NCBI GenBank assembly: GCA_963840385.1
Contig: CAWIYS010000009.1
Location: 313,100 to 377,099, forward strand
Origin: an uncultured Chloroflexia bacterium
GTDB taxonomy: Bacteria > Chloroflexota > Dehalococcoidia > DSTF01 > JACRBR01
Reading direction: 5' to 3'
Length of the DNA stretch: 64,000 bases
Shown: positions 53,140 through 63,429 of the stretch, in pieces
Position numbering within the stretch: position 1 is the first letter of the stretch
Layout of the letters: each line of letters starts with the position of its first letter
The notes under the pieces: model-generated
What the model was told of the DNA's origin: nothing
The model's database searches: none
The model's input: only the letters and a program-made list of their open reading frames with translations
Made by a program: the position numbers and the translations under genes

Positions 53140-53844
53140 ATGACCGGCGACCCTCGACCGCCCTGGCTGTTCGACGAGTACCGCGGCCACCGCTGGCTCG
53201 ATGGTGCGGAGGTGGCGGCGTACGAGGAGATCAGCCGGCCGGACCCAGCGGCCGAACGCGAGCTGCTGCGCGGGCTCGGACTTTCGAGCGAACACAGCCT
53301 CATCGATTTCGGCGCCGGAACGGGTGTGCGAGCGCTCGCGGCAGCGGGGTTGTGCCGGCGGGTGATCGCGGTCGATCCATCGGCGGCAATGCTCGACTAC
53401 ATGCGGGTGAAGGCGGAGCGTCTCGGCGTCCGCAATGTCGAGTACGTGCAGCGCGGCTTTCTGACGTACGAGCACCACGGCGACTTCGCCGACTTCGCCA
53501 TCACCAGGCACGCTCTCCATCACCTGCCGGACTTCTGGAAGGTCGAGGCGCTGCGCCGCGTGTACGATGCGCTCAAGCCGGGCGGCGTCTTCTTCGCGCA
53601 GGAACTGGTGTATTCGTTCGAGCCGGAGGACGCTGCCGCCGCGATCTCGCGATGGATCGACAACGTCGGCAAGGACGATGGCACCGGCTTTCCGCGCAGA
53701 TTCTTTGAGGAACACGTGCGGGAGAAGTACAGCACGTATTCGTGGCTGTTCGAGGCGATGCTGCGGAAGGCCGGCTTCGAGATTCGCCAGACGTCATACC
53801 GCGACACGGGGACGTACGCGACGTACACGTGCGTCAAGCCTTAA
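53140..53844 (+). CDS. Class I SAM-dependent methyltransferase
   Basis: LIDFGAGTG, VDPSAAML, ALHHLPDFWK and LKPGG. Confidence 0.88.
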   Translation: MTGDPRPPWLFDEYRGHRWLDGAEVAAYEEISRPDPAAERELLRGLGLSSEHSLIDFGAGTGVRALAAAGLCRRVIAVDPSAAMLDYMRVKAERLGVRNVEYVQRGFLTYEHHGDFADFAITRHALHHLPDFWKVEALRRVYDALKPGGVFFAQELVYSFEPEDAAAAISRWIDNVGKDDGTGFPRRFFEEHVREKYSTYSWLFEAMLRKAGFEIRQTSYRDTGTYATYTCVKP

Positions 53845-53865
53845 CGCGGCATCGTTTATCGACGG

Positions 53866-54357
53866 TCAGAGCGTCAGCTTCATGCCGATGTGGCCGGGGA
53901 CGAACCCGAGGCGCTCGTAGAAGCGATGCGCGGCCGTCCGGCGCTTGTTGCTGGTGAGCTGGACGCGCGAGCAGCCGCGCTCGCGCGCGTTCTCGACCGC
54001 CCAGCGCATCATCGCGCCGCCGATGCCCTTGCCGCGGAACGGCTCGTCGACGACGACGGACTCGATCTCGGCGACGAGCTCCGCCTCGCGCTCAAGGTGG
54101 CGGATGAGTGTGACCTGGAACGTGCCGACGACGTGGCCGTCCATCTCGGCGACGATGATGTCGTTATCGGGATCGGCCTCGATCTCGGCCAACGCGACGT
54201 AGTAGCGCTGCGGCAGCGGCGGGCCGAGGTCCTCGCGCTGTTCGCCATCGAGCGACTCCTGCTGCAGCAACTCGACGACGCGCGGCAGGTCGTGCCTGTT
54301 CGCGCGCCGCATCACCGGCTGCGGCACGATCCGCTCGGTCACCGTCCACGATGGCAT
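53866..54357 (-). CDS. GNAT family N-acetyltransferase
   Basis: VVVDEPFRGKGIG, VQLTSNKRR and AHRFYERLGF. Confidence 0.9.
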   Translation of the reverse strand: MPSWTVTERIVPQPVMRRANRHDLPRVVELLQQESLDGEQREDLGPPLPQRYYVALAEIEADPDNDIIVAEMDGHVVGTFQVTLIRHLEREAELVAEIESVVVDEPFRGKGIGGAMMRWAVENARERGCSRVQLTSNKRRTAAHRFYERLGFVPGHIGMKLTL

Positions 54358-54412
54358 GCGACGATTGTATCAGCGGGCGAGCAGTGTGCGATCGATCCGT
54401 GAGAACCGGCAA

Positions 54413-54438
54413 CGCGCGGGCTGGAAAGCCCGCGCTAC
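54413..54438. repeat. REP-like hairpin family A
   Basis: CGCGCGGGCTGGAAAGCCCGCGCTAC, immediately downstream of gyrA. Confidence 0.75.
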
Positions 54439-54461
54439 AGCGTTAGACGAAAGCGTGACGG

Positions 54462-57125
54462 CTACCGCCGCTTGGGCTTCTGCTTGATGGGGATCGGCTT
54501 CCGGGCCGAAGTTTTCTTGCCGGCAGGTTGCGGCGGCCCGACCTGCTTGCCGCGCGCCTTCGGCACCTTGCCGGACGCGTCCATGCCGGCGAGCGGCGGC
54601 TGCTTCGGCTCCGGCTCCTTCGGCCCGCCGTTGCCCGGCGCGCCCATCTCGATCGTCGCCAGCGACGCGACGCAATCGCCCGGCGCGACGTTGATCACCG
54701 ACACGCCCTGCGCGGAGCGTCCCGTCATGCGGATGCTGTCCATGCGCGTGCGGATGACGATGCCGTCCTGGCTGATGACGATCAACTCCATCGTGGCGTT
54801 GACGGTGCGCGAGGCGACGACCGTGCCGGTCTTCTTCGTGATCTCGTAGTTGCGAATGCCCTGGCCGCCGCGGTGGTGCGCCGAATACTCCTCGAACGGC
54901 GTCCGCTTGCCGTAGCCGTTCTCGGTAATGCTGAAGAGCTCGTGACCTGGCGTCACGACTTCGAGCGAGACGACCTTGCCGCCCTTCGCCAGCTTGATGC
55001 CGCGGACGCCTCCCGACGTCCTCGACGCCGACCGCAGTTCGCTGACGGCGAAGCGAATCGCCTGCCCGTTCGATGTGATCATCACGATCTCGTCGTCGTC
55101 GTGGCAAAGCTTGGCGGCGATGAACTCGTCGTCCTTCTCCAGATCCATGGCGATCTTGCCGTTCCGGCGCACTTCCTTGAAGTCGGCCAGCGGCGTCTTC
55201 TTGACCTCGCCGCTCGCCGTCGCCATCACCATGAAGTCCTTGTCGTAATCGCGGATCGTGACGAGCGCCGTCACCTGCTCGCCGGGATCCGCATCGATCA
55301 CGTTGACGAGCGGGATGCCCTTCGCCTGGCGCTTGGCGTCCGGCAGGTCGAAGGCGCGCGACTGGAACACGCGGCCGCGCTCGGTGAAGAAGAGCACGTT
55401 GTCGTGCGTATCGCAGACGATGAGCCTGCGCACGGCGTCCTCCTCGCGCGTCACCATGCCGGTGATGCCCTTACCGCCGCGCCGCTGCAGCCGGTACGTC
55501 TCGAGCGGCAGCCGCTTCACGTAGCCGCGGTTCGACAGCGTGACGACGATCTCCTGGTGCGCGATCAGGTCTTCCTCGGCGATGTCCTCAGCGCCGGAGT
55601 CGACGATCTGCGTCTTGCGCTCGTCGCCGAACTCCTTCTTGATCTCGACCATGTCGTCGCGGATCAGGTAGTCGATCTTGCGCGGGTTCTTGAGCAGGTC
55701 TTCGAGGTAGTTGATGCGCTTAATGAGCTCGCGGAACTCATCCTCGATCTTCGCGCGCTCGAGCTTCGCGAGCCGGCGCAGCTGCAGGTCCAGCACGGCC
55801 TGCGCCTGCTTCTCGCTCATCTTCCACGGCTTCGCCATCAGCTTGTCGCGGGCGTCTTCGGCCGATTCGGCGGCGCGGATCGTCTGGATGATCTTGTCCA
55901 GGTCCTTCAGCGCGATCAGGTAGCCCTGCAGGATGTGCTCGCGCTCCCGCGCGCGATTCAGCTCGAACTCCGTGCGCCGGCGGATGACCACGCGTCGATG
56001 CTCGATGTAGGCCTCGAGCATCTTCTTCAGGCCCATCGTCTTCGGCTGGCCGGCGTCGAGCGACACCATGTTCACGGCGAACGACGACTGCATCGCCGTG
56101 TGCTTGTAGAGCTGGTTCAGCACGCTCGCCGCCTGGCCCTCGCGCCCCAGCTCGATGACGATGCGCATGCCGTGGCGGTCCGACTCGTCCCGGAGATCGC
56201 TGATGCCGACGATCTTCCGGTCCTTCACCAGGTCGGCGATCTTCTCGACCAGCGTCGCCTTGTTCACCTGGTACGGCAGCTCCGAGACGATGATCATCTC
56301 GCGGTTGCCCTTCGCCATCTGTTCGATGCGGGCGCGCGCCTGCATGATGATGCGGCCGCGACCGTCGGCGTATGCCTCCTTGATGGCGTCGCGCATGACG
56401 TCGTGGCGCTTGCCCTCGTCGTCGAGCGCGGCGTCCTTGCGCATGCGGTAGATCAGTGCGCCGGTCGGGAAGTCCGGCCCCTTGACGATGCCGGCCAGCT
56501 CTTCCGTCGTCGTGTCCGCGTTCTCGATGAGCGCCATGACGGCGTCGCAGATCTCGTTGAGGTTATGCGGCGGGATGTTCGTCGCCATACCGACGGCGAT
56601 GCCGGAGGCCCCGTTGAGCAGCAGGTTCGGGATGCGCGCCGGCAGCACCCATGGCTCCTGACGCGAGTCGTCGTATGTCGGGACCGTGTCGACGGTGTTG
56701 CTGTCGATGTCGGCCAGCAACTCTTCCGTGATCCGGGCCATCCTCGCTTCGGTGTAGCGCATGGCGGCCGGAGGGTCGCCGTCGACACTGCCGAAGTTGC
56801 CCTGGCCGTCGACGAGCGGATAGCGGAGCGAGAAGTCCTGCGCCAGGCGCGCCATGGCCTCGTACACGGGACTGTCGCCGTGCGGGTGGTACTTCCCCAG
56901 CACCTCGCCGACGATGGCGGCGCTCTTGCGATAGGCCGAACCCGGCCGCAGGTTCATCTCGTTCATCGCGAAGAGGATGCGGCGCTGCACCGGCTTCAGG
57001 CCGTCGCGGACGTCGGGAAGCGCGCGCGCCACGATCACGCTCATCGCGTAGTCGAGGTACGACGAGCGCATCTCGTCTTCGATGCCCCTGTTGCGGATAT
57101 TGCCGAAGCCGGAGTCCTGGGTCAT
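54462..57125 (-). CDS. gyrA: DNA gyrase subunit A
   Basis: [31 protein letters not shown] (catalytic Tyr), GyrA-box QRRGGKG and C-terminal beta-pinwheel repeats. Confidence 0.97.
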   Translation of the reverse strand: MTQDSGFGNIRNRGIEDEMRSSYLDYAMSVIVARALPDVRDGLKPVQRRILFAMNEMNLRPGSAYRKSAAIVGEVLGKYHPHGDSPVYEAMARLAQDFSLRYPLVDGQGNFGSVDGDPPAAMRYTEARMARITEELLADIDSNTVDTVPTYDDSRQEPWVLPARIPNLLLNGASGIAVGMATNIPPHNLNEICDAVMALIENADTTTEELAGIVKGPDFPTGALIYRMRKDAALDDEGKRHDVMRDAIKEAYADGRGRIIMQARARIEQMAKGNREMIIVSELPYQVNKATLVEKIADLVKDRKIVGISDLRDESDRHGMRIVIELGREGQAASVLNQLYKHTAMQSSFAVNMVSLDAGQPKTMGLKKMLEAYIEHRRVVIRRRTEFELNRAREREHILQGYLIALKDLDKIIQTIRAAESAEDARDKLMAKPWKMSEKQAQAVLDLQLRRLAKLERAKIEDEFRELIKRINYLEDLLKNPRKIDYLIRDDMVEIKKEFGDERKTQIVDSGAEDIAEEDLIAHQEIVVTLSNRGYVKRLPLETYRLQRRGGKGITGMVTREEDAVRRLIVCDTHDNVLFFTERGRVFQSRAFDLPDAKRQAKGIPLVNVIDADPGEQVTALVTIRDYDKDFMVMATASGEVKKTPLADFKEVRRNGKIAMDLEKDDEFIAAKLCHDDDEIVMITSNGQAIRFAVSELRSASRTSGGVRGIKLAKGGKVVSLEVVTPGHELFSITENGYGKRTPFEEYSAHHRGGQGIRNYEITKKTGTVVASRTVNATMELIVISQDGIVIRTRMDSIRMTGRSAQGVSVINVAPGDCVASLATIEMGAPGNGGPKEPEPKQPPLAGMDASGKVPKARGKQVGPPQPAGKKTSARKPIPIKQKPKRR

Positions 57126-57407
57126 GCAGCCGTTCTCAAGCCGCGCGTAGATTCAGCGCGGGGCGTCATCCTGATAACCCAGTTTACCAGTTCCCTGCTC
57201 GAACGGGCCACTTCCGGGAGGCGGACGGGAGGGGCAGATTACGCAGAGGAATGAACGCGGGGGAACAAGGATGAGGCGGATTTCACCGATGGGTCCGAGA
57301 TGGCCGCTCAGCTCGGCGTAAACGGCTTTGGCCTCGGCCTTCGGTTCCTGAGCCCGGTGAAGGCTGACCTGCACCAGTTCGCGCAATCCGCGAAATCCCT
57401 GTTCCCT

Positions 57408-58097
57408 TCATCCGCCGGATGTGCCAGAGGGGAGCATTTCGGGGATGCGCTTGGCGCGGACGACGAGACGCTTGTCGTACTGGTGCGTGGCCGAGTTGAA
57501 GGTGCCACTGCAGGTGATGAGCGTGACCTCCTGGTCCGGCGTCGGGCCGACAATCTGGTCGACCGGCGCCGTCGACGAGTCGTACTGCCACAGCGAGTCG
57601 ACGGCGTACTTGTAGACGGTGCCGTCGGCGAGTTGCACCTGCACGAGGTCGCCTGCCACAAGGTCCTTGAGGTTCCAGAACACCGCCTTACCGACGTGGA
57701 TGTAGTCGACGTGGCCCGCGAACACGGCGTTGCCCGGCGAGCCGGGGTGGGCGCTGAAGTTGTACCAGACGGTGTCGTAGGCGTTGTCCGGCGACTGCAT
57801 CACGCCCTGCTCGTCGACGCCCTTCACGACGACCGGCGCGTCGATCTTGGCGTTATCGATGATCAGCCGGGTGATCGGAGAGTTCGAACCGGGCGGGAAC
57901 TGGTCGGCCGGGGTCGGCGTCGGGCCGGGCGTCGGCGTGCGGATGGGGTCGCCGAAGCCGGCGATGGTCTCGAGGCTGCTGTTGCCGCCATCGCCGCCGA
58001 GGATGACGCCGAACGCGATGAGCATGAGGACGATGGCGCCGGCCATCATGCCGACGCCGGCGATCATCAGCGTCAGCGAGATCCTATTCCGGTTCAC
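57408..58097 (-). CDS. Class F-like sortase 1 (N-terminal TM anchor)
   Basis: GNAVFAGH, VTLITC and RLVVRA (His/Cys/Arg triad). Confidence 0.9.
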   Translation of the reverse strand: MNRNRISLTLMIAGVGMMAGAIVLMLIAFGVILGGDGGNSSLETIAGFGDPIRTPTPGPTPTPADQFPPGSNSPITRLIIDNAKIDAPVVVKGVDEQGVMQSPDNAYDTVWYNFSAHPGSPGNAVFAGHVDYIHVGKAVFWNLKDLVAGDLVQVQLADGTVYKYAVDSLWQYDSSTAPVDQIVGPTPDQEVTLITCSGTFNSATHQYDKRLVVRAKRIPEMLPSGTSGG

Positions 58098-58147
58098 GCG
58101 CCTGTCGCTCCGTCCTCCGCCGCCTCATCCGCCACGTCGCGCACCAC

Positions 58148-58940
58148 CTACACGCGGTGTCCGCGCACGATGAACCGGTTGCTGTACTCATGCCCGCTGA
58201 ACGTGCCGATGCAGGTCACGAGCGTGATCGAATCGCCGCCGGTCTTGCCGACGTATTGCGTGAAGTCAGCAGCCGGGGTCGGCCCACTGGCTCCAATCGA
58301 CGACGTAGTTGACGGGGCCGTTGTTCGTGTTGACGGTGATCTGGGCGCCGGCGCCGAGGTCGCGCAGACTCCAGAACACGGCGGGGCCGACGTGGATGTA
58401 GTCGACGTGTCCCGCGAACACGGCGTTAGCGCCTGACTGGCCCGGGAAGCCGCCAAGCGACGGCCAGTCTTGCGAGAAGTCGTACCAGACGACGTCCCAG
58501 GCGCCACTGGGGTTGCCCATCTGCCCGTTCGTGCCGACCGTGCGGCCGTAGACGGGAGCGTTGACGCCGATGGAGGGGATGACGAGCGACATACCCGTGC
58601 CTGTCGCCGCTCCTGGACCGGTTCCCGTGTTCGCCGGGGCACGCCCCCCGCCGGAGCCAGAACTGGTACCGGGCGGCGGCGCCGTGTTCTGCAGGCCCGC
58701 GCTCGCCGGCGTTTCCGTCGGAGGCGGGATTGGAGTTGATGTCGACGTCGGCGCGGGCGTGTCACTCGGCACCTCGGTCGGGGCGACGACCTGCTGGTTC
58801 GAGGCCTCGCCGCCACCGCTCGACATCGCGAACCCGATGCCGACCGCGAGCAGCGCGATCACGACGATGGGCACGCCGACGAGCAGCGCCCGCTTGACGG
58901 TGCTGGCCTCGCGCCACAGGGCCTTGATGGTGTCGCTCAT
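58148..58940 (-). CDS. Class F-like sortase 2 (TM plus Pro/Thr/Gly linker); frameshift near 58275
   Basis: ANAVFAGHVDY, ITLVTC and RFIVRG. Confidence 0.88.
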
Positions 58941-59001
58941 CGTGTCCTCTCCCCTTCCATGGTCGGCAGCGCCATGTCGCGCCGGCTATCCGGTGGAACG
59001 C

Positions 59002-59694
59002 CTAGACCCGCCGTCCCCAGGCGATCTGGCGGTTGTTGTAATGTCCTGCCTCGAACACGCCGGTGCAGGTGATGAGGGTCACCGATTCATCGGCCGTGGC
59101 GGAGACGATGCCGCTCCAGTCGGCTTCGTTGGGGTCGAGCACCTTGTTGAACTCGATCTTATAGTTGTACTCGGTGCCGTCGGTCATGCGGATCGTCACG
59201 ATGTCGCCGGGCGCGAGCTCGTGCAATCGCCAGAACACCGCGGGGCCGTGACGGATGTAGTCGACGTGGCCCGCGATGACGATGTTGCCGCCCTTGCCCG
59301 GCAGCCCGCCAAGGTCCGGGAACTGCGAGAAGTCGTAATAGGCGACGTCGTCCCAGCTGTTGGGGTTCGGCATCTGGCCGTCGGGCGGGACGGCCTTGTA
59401 GGAGAACGGCGCATCGATCTCGAGGTTCGGGATAAGCAGCCGCGATCCGTTGAAGTCACCGCGCCCCGGCACGCCCGTGCCGCGGCCGGCCAGGTCCTCG
59501 TTGGTCAGCATGTCGCCGGGGCTGAAGGCGATGGGTGTCTTTAGGCCGATGTTCACGCCGGGCGTCGGCGTGGCGGCCGCCGTCGCACTGCCCTCGGCCG
59601 TGGGCGTGCCGGACGTCTTCGCCTTGCCGCCGCTGCACGCCGCCAGCAGCGCAGCTGCCGCGATCGCGGCAACGACCGGCGCGATGCGCATCAT
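59002..59694 (-). CDS. Class F-like sortase 3 (lipoprotein anchor; start uncertain)
   Basis: Lipobox LLAAC; GNIVIAGHVDY, VTLITC and RQIAWG. Confidence 0.88.
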   Translation of the reverse strand: MMRIAPVVAAIAAAALLAACSGGKAKTSGTPTAEGSATAAATPTPGVNIGLKTPIAFSPGDMLTNEDLAGRGTGVPGRGDFNGSRLLIPNLEIDAPFSYKAVPPDGQMPNPNSWDDVAYYDFSQFPDLGGLPGKGGNIVIAGHVDYIRHGPAVFWRLHELAPGDIVTIRMTDGTEYNYKIEFNKVLDPNEADWSGIVSATADESVTLITCTGVFEAGHYNNRQIAWGRRV

Positions 59695-59922
59695 CGCGCG
59701 CATCCGCGTGCCGCTCGTGTTCAGGAATCCCGTCGCGTACTTGTTTCGATCCATCGCCGCCCTCAACCTCACCTCGGCAAGCCGGGCCTCCGCACGACAC
59801 AACATATTGCCACATTTGCGCCGTGCGAGCCCCGCCGGATGCCTGTAACTCGGGTTTCGAGACTGTTGCGTCCCGGGATGACACGCGCAAACCACGCACG
59901 CCCGGCCATTCCGCTTGAATGA

Positions 59923-59952
59923 CAGGGGCCCTCGCTTGCGCGAGGGCCCCTG
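59923..59952. terminator. Strong hairpin downstream of the surface-protein gene
   Basis: 13-bp perfect stem CAGGGGCCCTCGC/GCGAGGGCCCCTG; GCAA tetraloop on the minus strand; U-tract weak. Confidence 0.6.
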
Positions 59953-59976
59953 ATCAAGGACCTGTGTCCTGAGCGG

Positions 59977-61368
59977 TTACTTGCCAGTGCGGCGGGTCAC
60001 CATGCCGCCACCGACGAGAACCAGCGAGCCGAGAACCAGCGCGACGAGCGTCCACATCGGGAAGCCAGCCGAGTCGTCCTGGCCCAGGAAACCGCCGGTA
60101 CCGGTGTTCGGACCGACGATGGTGCCACCGCCGCCCGCGGTCGGCGAAGCAGCCGGAGCCACGGTCGGAATCGGCAGCGAGCAGTCGACGCGGATCGACG
60201 CCTGGGCGTCGCCCGAGGTCACGATGACGGTCACACCAGCGGTCGCGCCGGAGAGCGGCGTGATCGTGCTGGAGGCCTCACCGGCCTTCGACTTCACGTT
60301 GATCGGGTTGGCGGTGCCAAGCGCGACCACGCTGAAGTTGACGCTGGTGTTGTCGACGACGTTGTTGCCAGCGGAGTCGGTCACCTTCGCCGTCACGGTC
60401 GAGGTGGCCGTGCCGTCGCAGGCGATCGTCGCCGGCGAAGCCGTCAGGGCGATGCTGGCCGGAACGCCGGTCACGGTGATGTCGGCGGTGCGGGCGACCG
60501 CAGCGGCGGCGCCCATGCCAGTACCCTCGTTGGTCGTCGTGGTGGCCGTCAGAGTGGCCGAACCGGCGGCGATGCCGCAGATAACGTCGAAGCCAGCGAT
60601 GGTCGTGCCATCCGGCAGGAGCATCGAGGTGGCGGTGAAGGATGTGCCGCCGGCGTCGTCGCCGGTGCCGACGTCCATGGTCGAGGACGAGCTGGTCTTG
60701 AACGTCGGCGCGTAGCCGACCAGCGCGTTACCGTCGATGTCGCTGTAGGTAGCGACCGCGCCGGCGCGCGTCGGAGCCGTGATCGAACTGGTCGGGCCAC
60801 AGGCGCCGGACGCGTTCGCTTCCTGGATCGTGTCCTTGGTGACGGTGAGCTGAATGTCGTGGGCCGTGCCAACGAGCTTCAGCGTCTCGGACTCGACCGC
60901 AACGGTGTCCTGGAGCGCCGTGGCGGTGACGTCGCCGGCGAACGTGCCGACGCCGGTCACCTGCCACACGACGAACTGGCCGGACGTACCTACAGTCGCG
61001 GGTGTTGACAGGTCCGTGCCATTGCAGGTCGCGGCTGAGCCCGTCACGGTGGCGCAGACCAGGCCGCGGCCGTTAAGAGACATGCCCGAGTTCGAGCCAT
61101 CGGTCTTGACGACGATGAACACGTCACCCGCGTTCGCCATGTCCGGGCCGATCTGGCCCGCACTCGCGGTGGCCCAGTCGTCGAGCTGGGCAACGTCCGC
61201 GTCCGTCAACGCGGCGAAGTTGACCGCGCCGGCGTTCAGGTATTGCGAGACGTTCTGGTTGACGACCCAGATCTTGGCCGGGTTCGCGTACGTGGTCGAG
61301 GCGTGGAGGCCTCCGAACCCAATGACGGCAACGGCCAGAGCCGCTACCGCTAGAATCAACTTCTTCAA
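59977..61368 (-). CDS. Secreted Ig-like (invasin/Big_1-type) surface protein with C-terminal sortase-type sorting signal
   Basis: TTG start after AGGAGG; signal peptide; TVTAKVTDSAGNNV Ig module; ends GPNTG, spacer, hydrophobic helix, TRRTGK. Confidence 0.85.
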   Translation of the reverse strand: MKKLILAVAALAVAVIGFGGLHASTTYANPAKIWVVNQNVSQYLNAGAVNFAALTDADVAQLDDWATASAGQIGPDMANAGDVFIVVKTDGSNSGMSLNGRGLVCATVTGSAATCNGTDLSTPATVGTSGQFVVWQVTGVGTFAGDVTATALQDTVAVESETLKLVGTAHDIQLTVTKDTIQEANASGACGPTSSITAPTRAGAVATYSDIDGNALVGYAPTFKTSSSSTMDVGTGDDAGGTSFTATSMLLPDGTTIAGFDVICGIAAGSATLTATTTTNEGTGMGAAAAVARTADITVTGVPASIALTASPATIACDGTATSTVTAKVTDSAGNNVVDNTSVNFSVVALGTANPINVKSKAGEASSTITPLSGATAGVTVIVTSGDAQASIRVDCSLPIPTVAPAASPTAGGGGTIVGPNTGTGGFLGQDDSAGFPMWTLVALVLGSLVLVGGGMVTRRTGK

Positions 61369-61832
61369 GTCTTGTTCCTCCTGGTTGGTACGCAGTCTTT
61401 CCTCAAGTCCTGCGTCAGCGGCCGATGCTGTTTCTCTTTCTTTGGCTCACGCCCTCCGGCGGATGCTTCCTCAGGCGAGCTCGTCGTCCTCGGCCGAGTT
61501 ATGGCGACGCGCTGGACCTGGATTCCGTTCCCGCCGGTTGGCCTCCTGCCCTCCTTTCCTCCTCCATTTGCGGGGCGACTACACCGCTTCCCTGCGGGAT
61601 TCGTCTGGGAGCGCCTCGTACGGGCGCCATGCCGTATAACGCCCGCGGCGGGGAGAAGGTTAACCGCCGATCGGCGATTTGCACGTCAGGGATTTCCCGC
61701 ATATCTCGCGGCAAGCTGGCCGAAGCCTGTCTCCAGCCTGAGATATCCGCACGAATGTTCGGTTCCAACACGCGATCCTGCCCCGTGCCCGCCGGCACGG
61801 CAGAGACGCGCAAGCCGGTCTGGGAGGCATAA

Positions 61833-62666
61833 TCAGGGGTATACGGCCAGGTGGGACCCGAATGCAGGGTCGGCGCCGGTCTGCTGCATCGTCTGGGCGA
61901 CCGCCTCCCGCAGGTCCAGCTGAGCCGAGAACAGGTTCTTCAGCAGCGCCTCCGCGGCGGCATCGGTGTGTTCCGCCGTCACGGAGCCGTCCCAGCTGAC
62001 GAAGTCCTTCGCCCCACGCGCCACGAAGGCCTTCGCCAGGTCGTCCGTCTTGAGCCCGGAGCAACCCATCAGCACGATGGTGGCGCCGTGCAGGTTGCCC
62101 TTCATCGAGGACGAAATGAACGCCGGCATGACGCCGAAGAAGCTGTCCTTGATCGGCCGGTCGATGTACGAGTCCACCATCAGGCGGTTGGCGCGCTGGT
62201 CGTCGACGTAACGGTCTCGGCTGTATTTCTCGCTCGTGAAGAGGCCGCTGGACTCGGTGAACTCGCCCGTGAACTTGCCGGTCGCCGGGTCTAGCTTGCC
62301 GACGCTCTCCGAGGCGTGGCTCCGCAGCAGGATGAACTGGTAGTCGCGTTTCGGCAGGTTGCGGTAGAAGTCGACGGTGACCGACGCCGACTTGTAGTAC
62401 TCGACGGTGTAGCCGGCGGCCTGCAACTCGCGCGTCGCCGCCGTCACGAACTCGGGATTGGGGTCTGTGAGCGCAAGCTGGTCGACAATAGCGGCGCGCG
62501 GCGGTCCGGGCTTCGAGCCCGACGACGACCACGCCAGGATGGCGACCGCGGCCACGATGCCGGCGACGGCCAAACCCAGCACCGCGGCCAGCACCCAGAC
62601 TCGCCTCGATTCCAGCGCGAACCGCGCGTTGGAAGGGCGTTGCTGGCCGTCTCGTCGTCCATTCAT
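61833..62666 (-). CDS. Membrane-anchored hypothetical protein with caspase/CHAT-like His-Cys pattern
   Basis: N-terminal TM; FILLRSHA and TIVLMGCS on hydrophobic strands. Confidence 0.6.
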   Translation of the reverse strand: MNGRRDGQQRPSNARFALESRRVWVLAAVLGLAVAGIVAAVAILAWSSSGSKPGPPRAAIVDQLALTDPNPEFVTAATRELQAAGYTVEYYKSASVTVDFYRNLPKRDYQFILLRSHASESVGKLDPATGKFTGEFTESSGLFTSEKYSRDRYVDDQRANRLMVDSYIDRPIKDSFFGVMPAFISSSMKGNLHGATIVLMGCSGLKTDDLAKAFVARGAKDFVSWDGSVTAEHTDAAAEALLKNLFSAQLDLREAVAQTMQQTGADPAFGSHLAVYP

Positions 62667-62849
62667 CGAGAGGTCCCGGCGCCGATGGCGCCCTCCTGGC
62701 GTAAGGCGCTGCCGGCCGGTCCTGGCGGCGGCGCGGTGTCGAGACGGGCGGGGATTGGCCGATTATAGGCGCGCTTCCGCCGCCTCGGCAACGGGCGCCG
62801 CGCCCGCGCGGCCGACGCACCTCCACGCCAAACGCTGTAGAATCGACGC

Positions 62850-63327
62850 GATGCGGAGCGTATCGCGCCTCGCCCTCGGCTACGCGGCCGCCGTCGTGCT
62901 CACGACGGCCTGCTCCGGCGGCTCATCGCCGCCTCCGGGCGCCGGAACGACGTCCACGACCGCCCAGGCGCCGCAAACGCCGGCGACGCCGGCACCCCGC
63001 CCCACGGGCGTCCCGGACGACGCCACGTACGTCGAGCTCGACCAATCGTTCGGCGGCGGCGCGACGGCGCCGGCCGAGGGGACGCCGCCACAGCTGTCGG
63101 CTCTCAGCTGCAAAGACGACGTCCTAACCATCGTCTTGCCCGGGGTCGTGGAGTTGTACGCCGCGCTACCGTGCGACCGCGCCGCCTCGCAGACGGTCGC
63201 CGATCTCTTCATCGGCCGTCCCGTCACCGTCCGCGTCATCGTGGCCGAGGCCGAGAAGCTGCGGCTCGAGTCGCCCTCGGCCGGCACGCTGGAGTTCACA
63301 ATCGCCGGTGCCTGGGCCAAAGAATAG
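62850..63327 (+). CDS. Putative lipoprotein with Pro/Thr-rich linker
   Basis: Lipobox LTTAC; two further Cys residues in the C-terminal domain. Confidence 0.7.
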
Positions 63328-63369
63328 GCGGCGCGGGCGTGCCGCGGCGGCCCTCAGGTCGGGTAAGGA

Positions 63370-63395
63370 GAAGGCCCCTCGATCGAGGGGCCTTC
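63370..63395. terminator. Perfect 26-bp palindrome between convergent genes (bidirectional terminator candidate)
   Basis: GAAGGCCCCTCGA-TCGAGGGGCCTTC. Confidence 0.65.
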
Positions 63396-63429
63396 CTGTT
63401 GCCTGTCTCAGCCGACGGCTAATCGCCCA

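Noticed and set aside
54528-57254. Long antisense ORFs (for example 908 aa opposite gyrA, 575 aa opposite cbbQ, 517 aa opposite capD)
   Set aside because: These are typical shadow ORFs of high-GC genes, with no motifs and mirrored codon bias.
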